From: a cyanobacterium endosymbiont of Rhopalodia gibba
GTDB taxonomy: Bacteria; Cyanobacteriota; Cyanobacteriia; Cyanobacteriales; Microcystaceae
NCBI GenBank assembly: GCA_045159875.1
Contig: CP067995.1
Span: 1,184,001 to 1,248,000 of the forward strand
Direction of reading: 5' to 3'
DNA: 64,000 bases
Shown in pieces: positions 54,163 through 64,000 of the stretch. Each line of letters begins with the position of its first letter. The first letter of the stretch is position 1. Made by a program: the position numbers and the translations under genes. The notes beneath the pieces were generated by a model. The model was not told the origin of the DNA. It ran no database searches and saw only the letters and a program-made list of their open reading frames with translations.

Positions 54163-54579
54163 TTGAAGAAACCTAAGATGATTATTGGATTTGACCCTGG
54201 ACGAGATAAATGTGGTATTGCAGTAAGGGATGATCAAGGACAATTCCCTTATCATCAAGTGGTCAATTCTGAAGATGTGATCACTACTTTACAATCTCTT
54301 TGCCAACAGTTCCCAATTACCTTATTGGTGATGGGTAATCAAACAACATCTAAACAGTGGAAAAAACAATTAGAAAATGAACTTTCCTTTTCTGTTTCTA
54401 TTGAAATGGTCGATGAACGTAATAGTAGTTTAGAAGCTCGTGATCGCTATTGGGAAATGTATCCACTTCAAGGACTCACTCGGGTAATTCCTCTTGGCAT
54501 GAGGTTTCCTTCCCGTCCTATTGATGATATTGTGGCTATTGTCTTGATTGAAAGATATTTGAAGAAATATAACCCATAA
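54163..54579 (+). CDS. YqgF/RNase H-like fold protein
   Basis: GFDPGRDKCGIA, MGNQTT, VDERNSSLEAR, IDDIVA. Confidence 0.85.
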   Translation: MKKPKMIIGFDPGRDKCGIAVRDDQGQFPYHQVVNSEDVITTLQSLCQQFPITLLVMGNQTTSKQWKKQLENELSFSVSIEMVDERNSSLEARDRYWEMYPLQGLTRVIPLGMRFPSRPIDDIVAIVLIERYLKKYNP

Positions 54580-54739
54580 AGGTTAAACTCTTAAAATTTT
54601 CTTAAACTTTAATATTGTAGGGTAAATAAACACACTAATTATCTTGAGTAGTCATATACGGTCAAATACTTGCTCGCTCTACAAAGCAAGAGAAATCTTA
54701 ACTATTTTTGATTATTCTCTAATGTTTATTAGAATTTAT

Positions 54740-55100
54740 TCTAAGTTAAGTTCTCAAAAAACATTTTTAATAAGAGGTAAATACTATAGAGGCGATGTAT
54801 AAAAAATATCAGTTAGCTAATATTTAGGATAAAGGAGATAGCATTTACTTTGGAAAGCATTTTCTGGGTTAACTTTTAAAAATAGTGCGCTCGCTATAGC
54901 AAGAAACTATAGTTATAGTCAGAGAATTTTTTAAAGATAATGAACTAAGAAAAAAATTAAAAATCTAAAGGATAAGAATTTAAAATAAAGCAGAGGTCAG
55001 GGTTATTTTAAATTGTGGCAACTGGGTCTTGTTTTATGGACATGAAAACTTAACTTTTGGCATACAACTATATATTATATTTCGTTGTTCAAAGTTTTAT
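54740..55100 (+). mobile_element. IS630-family N-terminal remnant
   Basis: R*HLLWKAFSGLTFKNSALAI resembles RRWHLLWKVSLGWTIKNSAIAV; homologous to 38405-38460. Confidence 0.6.
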
Positions 55101-55239
55101 CCAACTTAATTAAGTTCAGTCGGATTTAGTTTAGACAAAATAGTTATAAAGAATCCTTATCCTTGGATTACTTTCACAAAAAATACATCAATACTAGGTT
55201 TTAAAAAATAGAGTGTTATAACTTTAGTTTTTAACCTTC

Positions 55240-57012
55240 TCATTCACTAATTTCTTGAATTGAGATATTTTCAATATTCCAAAATGCTCCTCCTAATGGT
55301 GAATATTCAATTCTTTCAAAGCGATTTCTAACAGCCTCTAATGAATAAGGGTTAACTAAATAGATAAATGGAACATATTGCGAGACTAATTTCTGTGCTT
55401 TGCTATAGATTTCTTTACGTTTTTCTCGCTCTAATGTTTGTGCCCCTGCCAAATATAATTGTTCAATTTCTTTTTCCCAGTCTGCAACAACCCGTCCAGT
55501 AATGAGTTTTTGTCCTACCTGAGGTTTTTGATTAAACATATGTAAGTTGCCATCGGTATACCAAATATTAGGGGCGTGAGGTTCATTCCCACCAGTAAAT
55601 CCAATGATATGAGCCTCCCAATCCAAGGAATTACTTAACTTATCAATCAAAACATTAAACGCTAAAGGACTAAAATCAACTTTCATCCCCAGTTTTTTTA
55701 AATCCTCTTTAATTTGCGCTCCTATTGCTTCTCGAATTTTATTTCCTGCATTCGTAATTAAACTAAACTGAACTCGATTTCCTTTTTGATCAAAAAGTTC
55801 CTCTTTTTTATTTAAAATAAAGCCTTCTTGTTGAAGCAATTCTTTGGCTTTATCAAGATTAAAATTATAGCCTTGAATAGACTTGTCATAATAAGGAGCT
55901 TGTACAGAGATTTGAGTATTTTGAGATGCACCTAACCCACGATAAATATTATTAATTATGCGTGGACGATCAATAGCGTAAGCAACTGCTCTTCTAAAAT
56001 TTAAGTTGTTAAACCACTCTGATTTTATGGGGTTAACTAAAGGTTTGCCTTCTCGCTTTCCTTTATTTAGATTAAATGAAATAAATGTAGTCCCGTAAGC
56101 AGGACCTCCATTATAAATAGTAAAGTTACCTCGATTTTCTTCCCGTTTTAATAAAGGAAAATATTCAGGAGTGATCCCAAGAGAATCTAAACTTCCTGAG
56201 CGAAATTGCAATAAAGATGTATCGGTAGATTCCACAATTGCAAAAACGATTCGATCAATATTAGGAAGTTGATTTCCCTGTTTATCTTTTTTCCAATAAA
56301 AAGGATTTCTTTCAAAAATAACTCGTTGACTTGTTATGTAATCTTTTAGTTTATAAGGTCCATTGACAATAATTTTTTCAGGAAGTGTATCGGTTCCCCA
56401 AGTTGAGAGAAAAGCTAGATTACCATCACTTCCTCTTTGAGTTAATGTTTTTTGTAAAATATGAGCTGGCAAAATTGGAACACTTGCATTGTCTAAAAAA
56501 GGTGCAAATGGTTCATTTATTTTAAATTCAATACGCCGTTCATCAAGTTTTATGATCTTAGGAAATGTTCCTTCCCGTCCTATCCTAAAACTATCTCGAT
56601 AATTATTAGGTATTTCTTTATTAAGATATAAGTCATTATAAGTAAAAACTACATCATCAGCCGTTAATGGTTCACCATCTGACCATTTTAAATCTTCTCT
56701 TAAGGTAAAAATAATTCGTAATTTATCATCGGAAATATCCCAAAACTCTGCCAAAGCAGGTTCTTTAATACCAGTTATAGGATTTTCTGAAATTAGTCCT
56801 TCATAAGTATATTGGAAGATGCTTGGAGAAGAACTATTAAGCACAGCATTAAAAGTTTTAGGATCACTGATCCAAGAGAAAACTGCTTGATTAGTATTGC
56901 CTTTTGTGATACAACTCGTTAGAGGTAAAAAACATAAGAAAGTGAGAATACAAGTTAGACCTCGTTTGTACATAAAAGTAACTAAGTTTTGCAATCTCAT
57001 AAAATTATTCAT
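55240..57012 (-). CDS. ABC transporter substrate-binding lipoprotein, family 5 (peptide/nickel type)
   Basis: Lipobox LTSC, SDPKTFN, WSDGEPLTADDVVFT, NGPY, FRRAVAYAIDR. Confidence 0.9.
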   Translation of the reverse strand: MNNFMRLQNLVTFMYKRGLTCILTFLCFLPLTSCITKGNTNQAVFSWISDPKTFNAVLNSSSPSIFQYTYEGLISENPITGIKEPALAEFWDISDDKLRIIFTLREDLKWSDGEPLTADDVVFTYNDLYLNKEIPNNYRDSFRIGREGTFPKIIKLDERRIEFKINEPFAPFLDNASVPILPAHILQKTLTQRGSDGNLAFLSTWGTDTLPEKIIVNGPYKLKDYITSQRVIFERNPFYWKKDKQGNQLPNIDRIVFAIVESTDTSLLQFRSGSLDSLGITPEYFPLLKREENRGNFTIYNGGPAYGTTFISFNLNKGKREGKPLVNPIKSEWFNNLNFRRAVAYAIDRPRIINNIYRGLGASQNTQISVQAPYYDKSIQGYNFNLDKAKELLQQEGFILNKKEELFDQKGNRVQFSLITNAGNKIREAIGAQIKEDLKKLGMKVDFSPLAFNVLIDKLSNSLDWEAHIIGFTGGNEPHAPNIWYTDGNLHMFNQKPQVGQKLITGRVVADWEKEIEQLYLAGAQTLEREKRKEIYSKAQKLVSQYVPFIYLVNPYSLEAVRNRFERIEYSPLGGAFWNIENISIQEISE

Positions 57013-57033
57013 CTGATGATTTCCCCCAACCTA

Positions 57034-58293
57034 TTATTCTATCTTGTCAACAGGATTCATAGCTAAAGTTTCCTTAAAAAAGTAACCTATTAAATAAAGA
57101 GAACCACAAAGGATAATCGTATGTTCAGAATCATCAACAGCTCTGTCTAACGCCTGGAAAACATCAGAAAATATTTTAATATCGCTCAACTGAGAACAAA
57201 TTTTATTTGCCAACAAGGCTAAGTCTTCTGGATTTGCCGTTTGATGATCAGGAACAGGAACTAAATATAAATTATCCTGTGGTCGCAATAAAGCTTCAAA
57301 GATTCTATCATGATCTTTTGTAGATAAAATTCCCATTACCCAAGTAATCGGTTTATTTAATGTATTTACATAATCTCGTAGAGCAGTGGCTGCTGCTCCA
57401 TTATGTGCTCCATCAATTAAAATAGAAACATCACGCCATTTTATCCAATGTAACCTTCCCAACCACTGAGTATTTTTTATTCCTTTTTGAATAGCAGCTA
57501 ATGGGATTTTCCAGCCTTTTTTTTCTAAAATTTTTAAGGTTGCTATTGCTAAAGCAGAATTCATTAATTGAAATTTTCCTAATAGAGGTAAGGGATAGCT
57601 AATATCTTGATATTGACCCCAATTTTCTTTGATAGCTATGGCAGGTTTTACCCAGAGTGAAGGACAATTTAACGCTTTAATGCGAGCTCTAATGACGGTT
57701 TCTGCTTCTGACGGAAGTTGTCCAATAACGGCAGAACATTTGGGTTTCAAAATACCTCCTTTCTCGTAAGCAATATCAGCCAGCGTTGGACCTAGTATTT
57801 GCCAATGTTCTCGACTAATAGATGTAATAACTGTAACTAAGGGATTGTTACAAACGTTAGTTGCATCTAACCGCCCTCCTAATCCTACTTCAATAACAGC
57901 AATTTCTACTTTTTTTTGAGCAAAATAAACCCATGCTGTTGCGGTCAGTGCTTCAAATAGACTCGGTTTATTTTCATGGGAATGACTAAGGCTTTTAATC
58001 TTAATAAGAATTCTTTCAAAGTCTGTTTCAGAAATAGGTTGATTATTGATACAAATTCTTTCTGTGGGGTTAACTAAATGGGGCGAAGTATAACGTCCCA
58101 CCCGATAACCAGCTTCAATTAATGTAGAAGAAAGATAAGCACAAACAGACCCTTTTCCATTAGTTCCCCCAACATGGATAATAGGAAGATAATGGTGAGG
58201 ATTATCTAAGGATTTCAATAGGGATTGAATTCGTTCTAACCCTAGAGTCACTCCCATAAGTCTAAAAGATTGTAGTAAGGAATTAATAGTCAC
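57034..58293 (-). CDS. folC: folylpolyglutamate synthase / dihydrofolate synthase
   Basis: HVGGTNGKGS, YTSPHL, EVGLGGRLDATN, DGAHN, CGSLYL. Confidence 0.95.
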   Translation of the reverse strand: MTINSLLQSFRLMGVTLGLERIQSLLKSLDNPHHYLPIIHVGGTNGKGSVCAYLSSTLIEAGYRVGRYTSPHLVNPTERICINNQPISETDFERILIKIKSLSHSHENKPSLFEALTATAWVYFAQKKVEIAVIEVGLGGRLDATNVCNNPLVTVITSISREHWQILGPTLADIAYEKGGILKPKCSAVIGQLPSEAETVIRARIKALNCPSLWVKPAIAIKENWGQYQDISYPLPLLGKFQLMNSALAIATLKILEKKGWKIPLAAIQKGIKNTQWLGRLHWIKWRDVSILIDGAHNGAAATALRDYVNTLNKPITWVMGILSTKDHDRIFEALLRPQDNLYLVPVPDHQTANPEDLALLANKICSQLSDIKIFSDVFQALDRAVDDSEHTIILCGSLYLIGYFFKETLAMNPVDKIE

Positions 58294-59170
58294 TGAATTT
58301 AAGCATCCATCATAATTTATGAGTAGAGAATAATTACATCAACACTCTTTAATATCTTTAAATGGTATCAGAATAATGTCTCAAGTTCTAGTTACCTGGC
58401 GGTTGACTTTGTCCTTTTTTATTTATGAAAATTGAAGTAAATTTTAGTTGTGTTGCTTAAATTAACTACAATTAGTATTGAGAGGTGGATAATAAATTAA
58501 ATAGTTGTTTTGAGGGTAACAAAAATCTATTGACTACAGAGAATACAAATATATTCATAATAGTAAAATTACAGACATTATAAACTTTTTGGAAAGAGCT
58601 ATTGATATTTTAGCCAAACCTCTGGAAAATTTATTTTTTTGAAAAACATAACCTTAGTGAGTGACGAAACAGAAGATGGTCTATTATAAAAAGTAAGATA
58701 TAGCCTCCTAAAGGAGTTTTCTGTATAAGACATGACAGTAATTTCACTAGTCTTCCTCCGATCAATTTATTGAACCTACGGTGGAGTATTTTAAAATTAA
58801 ATTATTTGTCAAAAAAAACTATGCATTGACTTTTTTTTATTACTTAAAAGTCAAAAATTTAACCATTTAAGATTTTAAGAAAATCATCAGATTTTTCTAA
58901 AATTAGGCAAAAAAATCGTATAATACAATTCGTTAATCCTTAACTTATAAATTGATTATAACTGTGTAAAACAATACAAATTTGTGTCCTTTTTAGCCTA
59001 GCTGTGACAACAACATAACAAAAAAAGGACAAAAGTATCCTTTTGTAAGGATTACGTAAATATAGTTTATATGATAGTTTTGAAAGCTGTTGGTTGCCAA
59101 CCTAGCATACTCAGTCTAGAAGAACTAATATTGTTTACTATAAATCATAGATCCATTACCTAAAAAAAAT

Positions 59171-60352
59171 ATGAAGTACAGACGATTTGGACGGACTGAG
59201 TTGGAAATACCTATTTTTTCTTGTGGCGGAATGCGGTATCAATATAAATGGCAAGATTTTCCTTTGAAAGATATTCCTGATGATAATCAACAAAACTTAG
59301 AAAAAACTATTTATCGTTCTTTAGAAGTAGGAATCAATCACATAGAAACGGCGCGAGCTTACGGTACATCTGAAGTACAATTAGGGAAAATTTTACCTAA
59401 ATTACCTAGAAAAAAATTAATTATTCAAACAAAAGTTGTTCCAGAAGGAGGAGTGATAGAATTTCGCCGTAAGTTCAATCAAGGACTCTCACTACTCAAC
59501 TTAGACTATGTTGATTTATTAGGAATTCATGGAATTAACACTTTAGAAATCCTTGAATCTTGTATACATTCAGGAGGCTATCTGGAGGAAGCTAAAAAAT
59601 TACAAAACCAGGGAAAAATAAAGTTTATTGGTTTTTCAACTCATGGCTCGACAGATGTTATCATGAGAACGATTAATACTGATTATTTTGACTATGTTAA
59701 TTTACATTGGTATTACATTAATCAAAATAATTGGCCAGCCATAAAAGCTGCGAGAGAACGTGATATGGGGGTGTTTATTATTAGTCCTTCTGATAAAGGT
59801 GGTAAACTATATGATCCTCCACAAAAGTTAGTGGAACTCTGTCAACCTTTAAGTCCTATTGTCTTTAATGATTTATTCTGTTTATCCTGTCCTCAAATCC
59901 ATACATTGAGTTTAGGAGCCTCTTGTCCAAAGGATTTTGATGAACATTTAAAGACATTATCTTATTTAGATAATCCTCATGAAATATTAACCCCAGTTAT
60001 TCAAAAGTTAGAGCAAGAATGTATTAAAGTTTTGGGGGAAAGTTGGTATAGAACCTGGCATCTTGGCTTGCCAAGCCAAGATCAGACCCCAGGAAATATT
60101 AATATTCCAGTAATTTTATGGCTGAGAAATTTAGCCCTTACCTATGATATGATTGACTATGGAATTATGCGATATAATTTGTTGGGAAATGGAGGACACT
60201 GGTTCCCCGGTAATAATGCTGAAAGAGTCAAGGAATTTGATTTAAAACCTTGTTTAGTTAATAGTCCTCATCAAAACGAAATTCCTGAATTGTTAGTAGA
60301 GACTCATCAATTATTAGGAGTAAAATTAGTACAACGTCTATCTCAGATGTAA
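59171..60352 (+). CDS. aldo/keto reductase family protein
   Basis: YRRFGRT, GINHIETARAYG, IGFSTHG, SPSDKGG. Confidence 0.9.
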   Translation: MKYRRFGRTELEIPIFSCGGMRYQYKWQDFPLKDIPDDNQQNLEKTIYRSLEVGINHIETARAYGTSEVQLGKILPKLPRKKLIIQTKVVPEGGVIEFRRKFNQGLSLLNLDYVDLLGIHGINTLEILESCIHSGGYLEEAKKLQNQGKIKFIGFSTHGSTDVIMRTINTDYFDYVNLHWYYINQNNWPAIKAARERDMGVFIISPSDKGGKLYDPPQKLVELCQPLSPIVFNDLFCLSCPQIHTLSLGASCPKDFDEHLKTLSYLDNPHEILTPVIQKLEQECIKVLGESWYRTWHLGLPSQDQTPGNINIPVILWLRNLALTYDMIDYGIMRYNLLGNGGHWFPGNNAERVKEFDLKPCLVNSPHQNEIPELLVETHQLLGVKLVQRLSQM

Positions 60353-60386
60353 ACAATCTATATTGTTATTACTTCGCTTTAACTAG

Positions 60387-61316
60387 TTGATAAATATGAT
60401 GAATGCTCAAGAGCATCAACCGGTTCTATGGATGAACGAATATGTTACCCCTTGGGATCTTTATATTCATGGAATTAATCAGATTTTAGCTCATACAATT
60501 ACTCCTTACCATGAGATGTATGTTGTAGAAACAGGGGCTTATGGTAAAGCCCTTATTCTAGATGGTAGATGGCAGTCTTGTAGCATAGATGAATTCATTT
60601 ACCACGAAGCCTTGGTTCATCCAGCTATGATATCTTATGAGTATCCGAGGAACGTACTTATTTTGGGGGGAAGTGAAGGGGCAACATTACGGGAAGTTTT
60701 GCGATGGAAAAATGTCGAAAAAGTATGGATGATTGAGCCTGACGGGGAAGTGCTGGAAGCCTGTCGTCAAAACCTTGTAGAAATGCACCAAAATGCTTTT
60801 GATGATCCTCGTGTCGAGTTAACTATCACTGATCCCCTACCAATATTAGAAACTACTTCTAAACAATGGGATATTATTATTTATGACCTAATAGAACCTA
60901 TCAATAAAAAAGTGTCTTGTCCCTTATTTACCCAAGACTATTTTAAGAAATTAAAGCAGGTTTTAAGTCCTGGGGGATTTATGATGGTCCAAGCTGGGTC
61001 TATTGCTCCAGCAGAATTAGATACACATATCCGTTTAATTAATACCTTACGAACAGTATTCCCCTGGGTCAATTCTATTTCTAATTGCATTCCTACTAAT
61101 GGTTCTTTTTGGGGATTTGCTCTTTGTTCAGAATATCCTGTGAATACAAAACCTGATCCTACCAGAGTAGACCGACTATTGGCTGAGAAAACAACAGGAG
61201 GTTTGCGTTTTATTGATGGAAAAACTTTATTAGGAATTTTCCAAACACCTACCTATGTTCGTCATGCGATTGAGACTCAAACTCTGATTTATGATCCTTT
61301 TAGGAAAGTTACTTAA
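60387..61316 (+). CDS. speE: spermidine synthase family aminopropyltransferase
   Basis: YGKALILDGRWQS..DEFIYHEALVHP, VLILGGSEGATLREVL, AFDDPRV. Confidence 0.8.
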   Translation: MINMMNAQEHQPVLWMNEYVTPWDLYIHGINQILAHTITPYHEMYVVETGAYGKALILDGRWQSCSIDEFIYHEALVHPAMISYEYPRNVLILGGSEGATLREVLRWKNVEKVWMIEPDGEVLEACRQNLVEMHQNAFDDPRVELTITDPLPILETTSKQWDIIIYDLIEPINKKVSCPLFTQDYFKKLKQVLSPGGFMMVQAGSIAPAELDTHIRLINTLRTVFPWVNSISNCIPTNGSFWGFALCSEYPVNTKPDPTRVDRLLAEKTTGGLRFIDGKTLLGIFQTPTYVRHAIETQTLIYDPFRKVT

Positions 61317-61399
61317 GACTATTGAGTTTATCTGGAAAATTCTGTCTAGACTTTAGTCTAGATTATGATAAAAAGAAGTACTTAAAAATTTGAATTATA

Positions 61400-61720
61400 T
61401 ATCTTTAGGGAGAAGAGAAAAAGTTAGGGATTAAAAATAGTTAATGTCTACTGAATTAGATATCATTAATGGTGTTCTTTATGGTTTAGTAATTAATAAT
61501 CAACTAACAAGGACAATACGAAAATACTTCGGACTAAGTCTTACTAAATTAGTAGTCAAAAACTCAATCTTTGTTAAATTAAGTTTTTGAGAATATCGGG
61601 AGCTTTACAAAGCGGTACTTTTAACTTGTATTTATTATTGCGTTGTTACAGCCAAGCCAGTCTAGAAAAGCTACGCTTGTTAGCCTCAGCCTTATTATTG
61701 GGACAAACCAAACTTTATTA
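61400..61720 (+). mobile_element. possible IS5-family transposase remnant
   Basis: LDIINGVLYGLV resembles IS5 REVINGIFYVL; otherwise highly eroded. Confidence 0.35.
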
Positions 61721-62432
61721 CCTAAATAATTAAAATTAATATTAATTAAAATAAATTGATATTAATTGTTAATTTTAATTAGAATGATATATTTTCAAAA
61801 TTTAATTTTTATTGGTAATTAAAGTTATGTGATATTTTATCTATAATTAGTGTTCTTTTTATTAAAAATCATGGTCCACAATAATGGATATGGATTACAG
61901 AAACAGTGTTAAGTTTGTTGAATAAATATATTGCTAGTTCTATCAGAGAGTAGTTAAGATTATTAGTCTTATTTTTATTGTAATTTATTCTTCTGTTAGT
62001 AGATCAAAAAATACATTATTTATACTTAGTTTTAGCAGAAATATAGAGACTATTATAAGTTATTATTTTTTTATATAAAAAGTATATTTAAGTTTTAATC
62101 TTAATATTTTTTAAAAAAAATTAGGATAACCATTGCATCGAGCTATCAATGTATTTATCAACAATGAATTAATTAGTCGGAATATGAAAATGAGTCCTCC
62201 TTTAACATGAATTGTATGAGGATAGTTTTCCTTTTTATCTGAAAACATTTTCTTATTTAGGTTAAAAGAGAATCTGAATTAATCGACTAATCATATAGCA
62301 TCCTAGTTTTAAATGACCAGTTGCCTCGCAATTTTAATCAGACAGCCTTTTTAGTTTAGTTTGTAGTATTTTAAAGTCAATGTTTTCATCTTTTCCGAAG
62401 GCTAGTTTTCCCTAGTCCCTAACTTTCTTAAT

Positions 62433-63539
62433 CTATTCTCGTACTTTATGACTCTTACGCCAAGCCTGCCAGCCCACATATACTAACAAAAAGGTTGACC
62501 CCGTTGCAAAGCCCCAACCACTAGGAATATTAGAAAATCCCAAGGCTAAACTTCCTACCCATAACGTCAATGCATAGATAAACAACACCGTCAAACGATG
62601 AGAAATTCCCGCATTAATCAAACGATGATGTAAATGACGTTTATCCGCACTAAAAGGAGATTTTCCCTGGCTTAAACGTGAGATAATAACCGCTGACATA
62701 TCCACAATGGGAACAGCTAATACCAGAAAAGGTAATAAAACAGCTGTTACTGCCACCGTTGTCACAGCTGCTATTTTTACCAACCCAATCACCCCTACTC
62801 CAGCAAGGGTAAATCCCATAAAATAAGCTCCACCATCCCCCATAAAAATTTGAGCGGGGTTAAAATTATAACGAAGAAATCCTAACGCCCCTCCAGCTAA
62901 GGCTGCTGCAATTAAAGCAGCAGCCGGTTGAGCCATAAATAGAGTTAATACTAACATCACCACTGCAGAAATTCCACATCCTCCAGCTGCTAAACCGTCT
63001 AATCCGTCAATCCAATTAATTGCATTAGCCATCCCCACTAACCAAAAGACTGTCAGGAAAAGACTTAACCCATCGCTAATCTGAATTAAACCGCCAAAGG
63101 GAATAGAGAAGAAATCAATACGAACTCCTACTCCCCAAGCAGCACTGGCGACAATTGTTTGGATGACCAAACGGGACAGAGGACTTAAATTAAATAAGTC
63201 ATCAGCTAATCCAATTAGGAAAAAGCATACTCCTCCTAAGGTGACTCCCCAGATTTCCCATTCTTTATTAGGAGATAGCCAACCAAACCCCCCTAATCCC
63301 CAAACTACCAGCAACGCGGTAATAGTTCCGGTGAAGATAGAGACTCCCCCTAAACGCACTATGGGACGTTCGTGCATCTTTCGCTCATTGGGTTTATCCA
63401 CATAACCCGTTTTTAAACCGATGTGATTGATGAGGGGAGTCATCCACCAAACGACAATCATAGCAATCAGGAAAGCAACAATATGGAATAATTCTGCTGG
63501 TGGGATGGGCATGAGTTTAGCTAACGCGCCGGGAGTCAC
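62433..63539 (-). CDS. MraY/WecA family (GT4) undecaprenyl-phosphate HexNAc-1-phosphate transferase (probable start 63511)
   Basis: DKPNERKMH, RLGG, GLADD, NAINWIDGLDGLA, IFMGDGGA, DKRHLHHRL. Confidence 0.9.
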   Translation of the reverse strand: MTPGALAKLMPIPPAELFHIVAFLIAMIVVWWMTPLINHIGLKTGYVDKPNERKMHERPIVRLGGVSIFTGTITALLVVWGLGGFGWLSPNKEWEIWGVTLGGVCFFLIGLADDLFNLSPLSRLVIQTIVASAAWGVGVRIDFFSIPFGGLIQISDGLSLFLTVFWLVGMANAINWIDGLDGLAAGGCGISAVVMLVLTLFMAQPAAALIAAALAGGALGFLRYNFNPAQIFMGDGGAYFMGFTLAGVGVIGLVKIAAVTTVAVTAVLLPFLVLAVPIVDMSAVIISRLSQGKSPFSADKRHLHHRLINAGISHRLTVLFIYALTLWVGSLALGFSNIPSGWGFATGSTFLLVYVGWQAWRKSHKVRE

Positions 63540-63612
63540 ATCTGAAAAAGTTTACCCTACGTTACTCTATTTTCGTTAGGGGTGTAAACGACCTTAGGAA
63601 TCGGAAGGGAAA

Positions 63613-64000
63613 TTAAGCTAAAATGGAGGCTGGCATAGTTAGATGGGGATACAATGGAAACTGCTTGCACAGAGATTTAACCCGATCTAAACAAGTTTGT
63701 TTAACCTGTTCATCTCCTTGAGAAAGAAGATAATCAGCGATAATGTTGCCAATCTCCTTAAATTCTTCTTCTCTCATGCCCCGCGTTGTTAATGCAGGAG
63801 ATCCCAGTCGTAGTCCACTGGTAACAAAGGGCGATTCAGGATCAAAAGGAACAGTATTTTTGTTGGCAGTAATGTTAATCTCACTAACTAAGCGATCAGC
63901 TTCCTTCCCGGTCATACCTACAGAGCGTAAATCCACTAATATTAAATGGTTATCTGTGCCGTTAGACACTAATTTAAACCCCCGTGTCATCAATTGATTA
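63613..64000 (-). CDS. glyA: serine hydroxymethyltransferase, C-terminal part (truncated by window end)
   Basis: [32 protein letters not shown]. Confidence 0.95.
   Translation of the reverse strand, partial: NQLMTRGFKLVSNGTDNHLILVDLRSVGMTGKEADRLVSEINITANKNTVPFDPESPFVTSGLRLGSPALTTRGMREEEFKEIGNIIADYLLSQGDEQVKQTCLDRVKSLCKQFPLYPHLTMPASILA

Noticed and set aside
58964..58977. GTG-N8-TAC possible NtcA site upstream of the aldo/keto reductase
   Set aside because: Non-canonical and no properly spaced -10 element; expected by chance.
4609..63997. Short antisense or alternate-frame ORFs overlapping real genes (e.g. 4609..4857, 6641..6829, 11130..13724 set, 14894..15876 set, 19290..19547, 28002..28184, 34552..34791, 35890..36072, 51289..51495, 53156..53883, 63163..63405, 63743..63997)
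   Set aside because: Shadows of well-supported genes; no recognisable motifs.
1..64000. tRNA, rRNA, riboswitch or intact defence/secretion system
   Set aside because: No cloverleaf or rRNA-like conserved tracts noticed, and no intact cluster of unknown genes that would constitute a new multi-gene system.

Overview
64 kb of an AT-rich cyanobacterial chromosome, with proteins resembling those of unicellular Crocosphaera/Cyanothece-type cyanobacteria, in an advanced state of reductive evolution. About 37 intact housekeeping or regulatory genes (incl. pedR, rps1b, sphR/sphS, bioU, carB, guaB, truB, dam, tsaB, argD, hisIE, hpnB, fabI, ntcA, folC, speE, glyA) are separated by long, very AT-rich spacers. 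By hand translation these spacers hold stop- and frameshift-riddled remnants of lost genes (TolB-like protein, dienelactone hydrolase, CyRepA1-type replication protein, aminotransferase, DNA-phosphorothioation-associated methyltransferase, ureidoglycolate lyase, hpt, phytochrome cph1-rcp1) and dead IS630/ISL3/IS5 elements. This pattern best fits a vertically inherited cyanobacterial endosymbiont such as the spheroid body of rhopalodiacean diatoms; that is an inference, since no nif or rRNA gene is in the window. The most unusual sequence-level signals are (i) more than 10 long, sequence-unrelated, near loop-less palindromes (up to 68 bp) confined to non-coding or decayed DNA and (ii) a position-specific decay of HIP1 (GCGATCGC to GTGATCGC/GCGATCAC). 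I found no rRNA, tRNA, CRISPR array or intact mobile element, and no intact novel multi-gene system. All family assignments are from motif recognition, not database searches; pseudogene boundaries are approximate.
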